Shown here: piece after piece, positions 37,871 through 44,965 of the stretch
How the letters are laid out: each line of letters begins with the position of its first letter
Numbering within the stretch: position 1 is the stretch's first letter
Origin: Macrostomum lignano
Taxonomy: Eukaryota
NCBI GenBank assembly: GCA_002269645.1
Contig: NIVC01004463.1
Location: 1 to 44,965, forward strand
Direction of reading: 5' to 3'
Length of the DNA: 44,965 nt
Notes under the pieces: model-generated
What the model saw: the letters and a program-made list of their open reading frames with translations, nothing else
Told to the model about the DNA's origin: nothing
The model's database searches: none
Position numbers and translations under genes: made by a program

Positions 37871-39637
37871 TCAAGCCTTGCTGCTTCTGCCGTAGATCGG
37901 ATTGGGAAACACGTCGGGCAGTTTCGTGTAAACGGGATCTCGCATCGGCAGGTAGTCGTTCTCGGCATCGCTACCTGGCTGCGGGAGCTCCTGGTCGCAG
38001 TTCGATGCGGCAGCGGCGTCGGTGGCGGCGACAGCAGCTTCGGTTTCAGCCGCTTTGGACGCGGCACCAGTCTGATAAAGCGGATGCTGTTCCGGGCTCA
38101 GCATCTGGTCGCGACCGAAGTTTCGCCGCCTTTGCCGAGTCTGGCGACACCACACCTTCACCATGTGGCCAGCCAATAGCAGAATGACCACAAACAGGAC
38201 TGTGCTCACTGAATATACTACTTTTATCACCAGTTCCAGGCGAAGAATCTCGTTTTCCAGCTCCATGGATCGAATCCGCTGCTGCGCGAGAGCCTCTTTG
38301 ATTTTGTTGGCAGCGACAGAGTTGGAGCTGGACGATTTCCAGCCCGTGTGGTTTGCTGAGTCCGAGTCTTCTACAACCGCACCGACGGTCGAAGGCGCTG
38401 TCGACTCAACGAGTTCAACGGATTCCACGAGAGCTGTTGAAGAATCTGTGGTGACAGGGTTCGAGTTCGTTGCCGCTTTTTTAGTTGCTGCTCCCGTAGT
38501 GGGTCCAGCGCTTGTCGGCGGTGTTTTCGGCTGCATGCAGGCGAATACTGGCGAGGACTTCGGACACGCTGGTGACTCTTCCACAGTGCTGAGACAGCCC
38601 AGCGTTGCCGGCATACTTCTATTGTGGTAGGTCAGGTAGTGCTCGTAGTTATCCGTGCAAACAGCTTTGTAGATCTGTCTGTGCAAAATACGTGTAGAAC
38701 TATTGCGCAAGTAAAAATTTATTGCTTTAAAATTCACGGAACCGTTGCTACGAGTAATGACGCGAGTCAGACTAAAGTTGAATGGAACCGGACTTCCCAG
38801 CACTGGATGCGGGTCGCACATCATTGTCTGACAAATATTCTTTGCGTTCTTCTTGTAAGTCAAGCTGAGCTCGGTCAAATTCGGCAGGCTGTCGAACACG
38901 AAGCAGTTGAGCCGTTCCACCGTGCCGTGCATCGTCACCCGGCGGAGGCTGGCCATGCGGCAGAAGGAGCCGGTGAGGATCTTCGACAGGCTGGCGTCCA
39001 GCCACTCCAGCGAGTGCAGCACCGGCAGGGCGTATGTGGCCAGCATGGGGTTGCCGCGAAGGTCCAGCCAGCGCAGAGTGCTGCCGATCGAGCAGAATGT
39101 GTCTTTGTCCAGGTGTTCGATGCGATTCCACGACAAATCGAGCGCAACCAGATTCGGCAGGGAGTCCAGCACTCCAGATGGCACAATGTCGATGAGATTT
39201 CTTGACAAGTCGAGCCAGGTGGCAGCCGGAGGCGACAGACCGTCGAATTCGCCGTGACCTCCGAAGCGCAGCGACATGCCGCTGAAGTTGAGCAGCAGGC
39301 CGCTGCCGTTGGCGCCGCCGCTGAGCCGATTGCCCAGGTCGGCCAGGCCGCACCGCCTGACTTCAGCTGGCATGCTCAGCGGCGAAGGCTGCGGCCTGAC
39401 CAATGTAGCGTTGAACAGCACAATGCCCGTATCGGGCACTCGGAGCTCCGGCAGGCCCTGTTCAACCAGCATCGGACTGGGCAAGACATCCGCTGGAAAC
39501 TGCTCTAGCGAGCCGCACTGGTACAGCTGAATCGCGTCGCCCCGGATGAACGCGCACGACAGAGACTCCGAGTAAGTCGAGCCGCCGACAATCAGAATCG
39601 GCAGCAACAGGCCCAGCAACAGTTGCACCTTTGACAT
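37871..39637 (-). CDS. Intronless leucine-rich-repeat type-I transmembrane protein (588 aa)
   Basis: Single ORF starting at ATG. Signal peptide LLLGLLLPILIVGG; LRRs (WLDLSRNLI, LVALDLSWNRI, LRWLDLRGNPM, LEWLDAS, LTELSL); Ser/Thr-rich stalk; TM VIKVVYSVSTVLFVVILLLAGHMV followed by a basic stop-transfer segment; cytoplasmic tail. Confidence 0.85.
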   Translation of the reverse strand: MSKVQLLLGLLLPILIVGGSTYSESLSCAFIRGDAIQLYQCGSLEQFPADVLPSPMLVEQGLPELRVPDTGIVLFNATLVRPQPSPLSMPAEVRRCGLADLGNRLSGGANGSGLLLNFSGMSLRFGGHGEFDGLSPPAATWLDLSRNLIDIVPSGVLDSLPNLVALDLSWNRIEHLDKDTFCSIGSTLRWLDLRGNPMLATYALPVLHSLEWLDASLSKILTGSFCRMASLRRVTMHGTVERLNCFVFDSLPNLTELSLTYKKNAKNICQTMMCDPHPVLGSPVPFNFSLTRVITRSNGSVNFKAINFYLRNSSTRILHRQIYKAVCTDNYEHYLTYHNRSMPATLGCLSTVEESPACPKSSPVFACMQPKTPPTSAGPTTGAATKKAATNSNPVTTDSSTALVESVELVESTAPSTVGAVVEDSDSANHTGWKSSSSNSVAANKIKEALAQQRIRSMELENEILRLELVIKVVYSVSTVLFVVILLLAGHMVKVWCRQTRQRRRNFGRDQMLSPEQHPLYQTGAASKAAETEAAVAATDAAAASNCDQELPQPGSDAENDYLPMRDPVYTKLPDVFPNPIYGRSSKA

Positions 39638-40204
39638 GCCTTACGGTTTAATTTGTTTATTCGATTGGCTTCATACAGGCTTTGAATCTTCTAAACAATG
39701 TTCCCGCCTCAACGCCGCCGCGCTGTTCTCCATGTTTTATAAGGGAAAGAGAGGCGGCCTGGCCCTGGAAGTGTTTACAAATTTATCCAACCAGATTGTG
39801 CAAGCGAGACGCGGCTTCAGTGTCGGCCCGTGCGACCTTTCTTCAGGCAGGAAGCGTCAATACCTTTACCTACATGTAGCACTAGCCAATACGAGCCCCA
39901 ATTAGGTATGCTAAAACTCGATCTGCCACAACCAAACACTCCAATACTACTGGACTCGGAGCACCGGAATGCAGAGACAGACAGACAGGAAATGCGACAG
40001 AGTCTGAAATATTTGCTGTCAATGCGGTTATCTGCAATTTTTCATCTCAGTTGGTCTACAGGCGTTGCTGCACCAGATTCAAGTATGAAAGCCATCAGCT
40101 AGTGATACTAAGAAAGCGATCGAAATGCTTCGAATGCTAAATATATGTATACTGTAGTTATGACCATAACTTAAAGATTATACAAGACAGAATCTAGAAG
40201 GATT

Positions 40205-40600
40205 CGAGGATGTACATGCAGAAGGCGGTATCACCGAGGATGTACATGCAGGCGGTATCACCCGAGGATGTACATGCAGAAGGCGGTATCACCGAGGATG
40301 TACATGCAGAAGGCGGTATCACCGAGGATGTACATGCAGAAGGCGGTATCACCCGAGGATGTACATGCAGAAGGCGGTATCACCCGAGGATGTACATGCA
40401 GAAGGCGGTATCACCCGAGGATGTACATGCAGAAGGCGGTATCACCCGAGGATGTACATGCAGAAGGCGGTATCACCCGAGGATGTACATGCAGAAGGCG
40501 GTATCACCCGAGGATGTACATGCAGAAGGCGGTATCACCGAGGATGTACATGCAGAAGGCGGTATCACCGAGGATGTACATGCAGAAGGGGGCATCACCC
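40205..40600. repeat. 30/31-bp minisatellite (GAGGATGTACATGCAGAAGGCGGTATCACC[C]), ~13 copies, between the LRR and LRMDA coding regions
   Basis: Direct reading. Confidence 0.95.
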
Positions 40601-41542
40601 AGTCAATTTGAAAAATTGACGAACTGCCAGAGACAACGATACTAACGCAGAAGATCGCTAATAAGCAACATTTTACATTCAATTCTTTAGAATTTGTCAG
40701 AATGGGAGTTTAAAAACTTCATCAATCTGTCTTCAACTACTCTCACAACCTTTCCGAATGTAGCACCTTTCTAGAATATAGAAGCCATTGGCTCTTCATC
40801 TGCTAGCTCCAACTGACTTTCTCATTTGCGCCAATTTGATGAGGGACCATTGGAAGGAAGCTGAGCGATCGAATTTCCAACGATCCAGGCCACCACAGGG
40901 CTGTCAAATGCCAAGTGCAGGGCACAGGAAGTGGCCAACAGTGTCTCCATGGCAACAGTGAATAACAGACCAAAGAGAAGTGCAAGATAGAAGACAGCCA
41001 AAGACAAGAATCCACAGGGCTGCAGTCGTTCCCAAAGTCAAATTTAACAACATCAAAGGCGGGAGTTATTTTGTCAAATTTATAATTCACGAAACACAGT
41101 CGACCAGTAGTTCAAAAAAATGATTTATTGAAAACGGCACGGATAAAAACATAAGGCACAAAACAGTCGGATCGCCAGGAATGAGTTGAAGAGTTAAAAT
41201 AGACTGCTCGTAATATTGCGATAATTCAATAACAATATATTGCAACAGCAGAAGTGGACTCGAATACATAAAAAATAGTTGGGAATCGGCAATCATGTAA
41301 AATGTATTAATGCGGAAATAAGATATTAAAAATATTTCTCTTTGTTTTATTATGGCCACGAAAAACATTATGAGCAAAATAATCGTAAACCAAAGCTTAC
41401 AAGCCTGCCTCGCTCAAGTAGAGTGCATTTGAATTTACAATCAATTTATGCAGAAACCTCACAGCCTGCCACCTATAAACAAAAGCGGCGCAATAATGCA
41501 TTAATATTCACCTTATATGACAGGTAAATTATAGGGGAAAAG

Positions 41543-42679
41543 TCAAAGCGACTCAGTCCGGCCTTGGCCAGGCGGCGCCAGCACGATTCGAGGAAAAGCG
41601 CGCGCGCTTGCCTGGCGCTCGTTAGGCGTCACCCGGATGCCGTCAAGATCTTGGAGGCGCCGGCCGCACTGGGAGATCACGAAGTGTCTGGCGGGAGGTT
41701 GAGGGGGGTAAGCTGGGCTGCTGATGCTGATTGATAATCTTTGCTGAGAGGCGATGCTAGGCGTTGCTAAGGGGCGATGCTAGGCGTTGCTAAGGGGCGA
41801 TGCTAGGCGTTCTAAGGGGCGATTATAGGGGTTACTAAGGCTAATTATAGGCGTTGCTAAGGCTAATTATAGGCATTGCTAAGGGTAATTATAGGCGTTG
41901 CTAAAGGACGATTCTTGGCGTTGCTAAGCGGCGTTTCTAGGCGTTGCTAAGGGGCGATTATATTGGTTGCTAAGGGTAATTATAGGCGTTGTTAAGGGGC
42001 GATTCTAGGCGTTGGTAAAAGGCAATTCTAGGCGTTGCTAAGGGGCGATTCTAGGCGTTGCTAAGAGGCGATTCTAGGCGTTGCTAAGGGGCGATTCTAG
42101 GCGTCGCTAAGAGGCGATTCTAGGCGTCGCTAAGGGGCGATTCTAGGCATCGCTAAGGGCGATTCTAGGTGTTGCTAAGAGCCGATTTTAGGCGTTGCTA
42201 AGGGGCGTTTCTAGGCTTTGCTAAGGGGAGATTCTAGGCTAGATGGTGCTAGATGTGATTATCAGGACTATTAGATGCTGAGCAAAATATTATTGGCCCC
42301 ACCTGTAGTCCTCGTACTCCTGATAAGAGGCGCCATTAAAATAGCTGGGCGCAGCCGGGTTGTCCATCATGGACAGAGAGGCCAGGCTGGGACAGCAGCG
42401 TATGAGCCTGTGCACGCAGTCGGCCAGATTATGCAAACTGTTCCGATTGAGCCACAGTACGCGAAGTCTCGGCAGATTGGGCAGGTGGGCCAGACAGGTG
42501 AGCCGGTTGCCGTCCAGCACCAGGGTGTCCAATCGGGGCAGGCGGGCCAGCTCGCGCAGGGAGGCATCTGTGAGGCAGTTGCCAGACAGATCCAGCTCGG
42601 TAATCTGGTTGCTAGGCGGTTGCCATAGCGCCTGGGCCGAGGCCAGGTCAGTCAGGCCGCGAAAAGCGAGGGAGATTCG
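41543..42679 (-). CDS. LRMDA: Leucine-rich melanocyte differentiation-associated (C10orf11)-like protein, 3' exons 42679-42303 and 41687-41543; first exon lies beyond the window end
   Basis: LRRs ELDLSGNCL, TLVLDGNRL and VLWLNRNSL, followed by the LRRcap-type LSMMDNPAAPSYFNGASYQEYEDYR|HFVISQ..LQDLDGIRVTPNER typical of LRMDA-like proteins. Junctions are in phase. Confidence 0.75.
41750..42240. repeat. Degenerate 23-bp minisatellite (CTAGGCGTTGCTAAGGGGCGATT) in LRMDA intron 41688-42302
   Basis: Direct reading. Confidence 0.9.
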
Positions 42680-42761
42680 CTGAAAGAAGTTAATTTTATT
42701 GTAGATCTCCGATCCGCAGTTTCAAATGCGCTTCTAAAAATCCTTAAACCCTGACGAGTTC

Positions 42762-44965
42762 TACTCCAGCTCTCCTACCTCCTCTACCTGAGCCTCTCCT
42801 ACCTCCTCTACCTGAGCCTCTCCTACCTCCTCTACCTGAGCCTCTCCTACCACCTCTACCTGAGCCTCTCCTACCACCTCTACCTGAGCCTCTCCTACCT
42901 CCTCTACCTGAGCCTCTCCTACCACCTCTACCTGAGCCTCTCCTACCACCTCTACCTGAGCCTCTCCTACCTCCTCTACCTGAGCCTCTCCTACCCCTCT
43001 ACCTGAGCCTTTCCTACCACCTCTACCTGAGCCTCTCCTACCCCCTCTACCTGAGCCTCTCCTACCCCTCTACCTGAGCCTCTCCTACCCCTCTACCTGA
43101 GCCTCTCCTACCACCTCTACCTGAGCCTCTCCTACCCCTCTACCTGAGCCTCTCCTACCCCTCTACCTGAGCCTCTCCTACCACCTCTACCTGAGCCTTT
43201 CCTACCACCTCTACCTGAGCCTCTCCTACCCCTCTACCTGAGCCTTTCCTACCACCTCTACCTGAGCCTCTCCTAACCCTCTACCTGAGCCTCTCCTACC
43301 CCTCTACCTGAGCCTCTCCTACCCCTCTACCTGAGCCTCTCCTACCCCTCTACCTGAGCCTCTCCTACCACCTCTACCTGAGCCTTTCCTACCACCTCTA
43401 ACTGAGCTCTCCTACCCCTCTACCTGAGCCTTTCCTACCACCTCTACCTGAGCCTCTCCTAACCCTCTAGCTGAGCCTCTCCTACCCCTCTACCTGAGCC
43501 TCTCCTACCCCTCTACCTGAGCCTCTCCTACCACCTCTACCTGAGCCTTCCTACCACCTCTACCTGAGCCTTTCCTACCACCTCTACCTGAGCCTCTCCT
43601 AACCCCTCTAGCTGAGCCTCTCCTACCCTCTACCTGAGCCTCTACTACCCTCTACCTGAGCCTCTCCTACCCCTCTACATGAGCCTCTCCTACCCCTCTA
43701 CCTGAGCCTCTCCTACCTCCTCTACCTGAGCCTCTCCTACCCCTCTACCTGAGCCTCTCCTACCCCTCTACCTGAGCCTCTCCTACCTCCTCTACCTGAG
43801 CCTCTCCTACCACCTCTACCTGAGCCTCTCCTACCTCCTCTACCTGAGCCTCTCCTACCCCTCTACCTGAGCCTCTCCTACCACCTCTACCTGAGCCTTT
43901 CCTACCACCTCTACCTGAGCCTCTCCTACCCTCTACCTGAGCCTCTCCTACCACCTCTACCTGAGCCTCTCCTACCACCTCTACCTGAGCCTCTCCTACC
44001 ACCTCTACCTGAGCCTTTCCTACCACCTCTACCTGAGCCTCTCCTACCCCTCTACCTGAGCCTTTCCTACCCCTCTACCTGAGCCTCTCCTAACCCTCTA
44101 CCTGAGCCTCTACTACCCTCTACCTGAGCCTCTCCTACCCCTCTACATGAGCCTCTCCTACCCTCTACCTGAGCCTCTCCTACCCCCTCTACCTGAGCCT
44201 CTCCTACCCCCTCTACCTGAGCCTTCCTACCACCTCTACCTGAGCCTCTCCTAACCCTCTAGCTGAGCCTCTCCTACCCTCTACCTGAGCCTCTACTACC
44301 CTCTACCTGAGCCTCTCCTACCCCTCTACATGAGCCTCTCCTACCCCTCTACCTGAGCCTCTCCTACCCCCTCTACCTGAGCCTCTCCTACCCCCTCTAC
44401 CTGAGCCTCAGCTACCCCTCTACCTGGGCCTCTCCTACCCCTTTTACCTGAGCCTCTCCTACCCCTTTTACCTGAGCCTCTCCTACCCCTTTTACCTGAG
44501 CCTCTCCTACCCCTTTTACCTGAGCCTCTCCTACCCCTTTTACCTGAGCCTCTCCTAACCCTCTAGCTGAGCCTCTCCTAACCCTCTAGCTGAGCCTCTC
44601 CTAACCTCTAGCTGAGCCTCTCTACCCTCCTACCTGAGCCTCTACTACCCTCTACCTGAGCCTCTCCTACCCCCTTTTACCTGAGCCTCTCCTACCTTTT
44701 ACCTGAGCCTCTCCTACCCCTTTTACCTGAGCCTCTCCTACCCTTTTACCTGAGCCTCTCCTACCCCTCTACCTGAGCCTCTCCTACCCCTCTACCTGAG
44801 CCTCTCCTACCTCCTCTACCTGAGCCTCTCCTACCACCTCTACCTGAGCCTCTCCTACCTCCTCTACCTGAGCCTCTCCTACCCCTCTACCTGAGCCTCT
44901 CCTACCCTCTACCTGAGCCTCTCCTACCACCTCTACCTGAGCCTTCCTACCACCTCTACCTGAGC
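42762..44965. repeat. 23/24-bp minisatellite (CTCTACCTGAGCCTCTCCTACC(N)C) running off the window, in the LRMDA upstream intron
   Basis: Direct reading; 8-aa ORF periodicity. Confidence 0.97.

Noticed and set aside
37600-39640. Antisense and alternative-frame ORFs overlapping the LRR, SOS, EGF and ADIPOR exons
   Set aside because: These are shadow ORFs expected from GC-rich coding sequence and have no independent motifs.
40803-41377. Hydrophobic short ORFs (40822-41007, 40803-41090, 41087-41377)
   Set aside because: They start at non-ATG codons or show no recognisable motifs or supporting splice structure; probably UTR or intergenic sequence.

Overview
Eukaryotic (metazoan) genomic DNA with GC-rich exons and GT-AG introns; the long ORFs over repeats in the supplied track are artefacts. 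The style (almost every intron filled by its own minisatellite) resembles the flatworm Macrostomum, but that assignment is inference only. I assembled five genes by hand with phase-consistent splice junctions: (1) a Son-of-sevenless homologue (minus, 20106->1560, 9 exons, ~1450 aa) with a 1-nt frameshift and a divergent catalytic hairpin in its CDC25 domain; (2) an orphan type-I membrane protein (plus, 25352-32448) with an unrecognised ~300-aa N-terminal region, EGF repeats, a TSP1-like repeat, a TM helix and a coiled-coil tail; (3) an adiponectin-receptor/PAQR gene (minus, 36747->33007); (4) an intronless LRR type-I receptor with a tyrosine-motif tail (minus, 39637->37871); (5) the 3' part of an LRMDA/C10orf11-like gene (minus, 42679->41543). 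The AT-rich spacer between the divergent SOS and EGF genes holds two intact non-autonomous DNA transposons: a hAT-type element with an 8-bp TSD and a Mutator/foldback-type element with 132-bp TIRs and a 9-bp TSD. The strongest window-wide pattern is that 16 of 17 introns longer than 300 nt carry a tandem array, mostly with intron-private units. Several arrays start 10-30 nt from the splice donor, and several units mimic splice signals or consist of palindromes.
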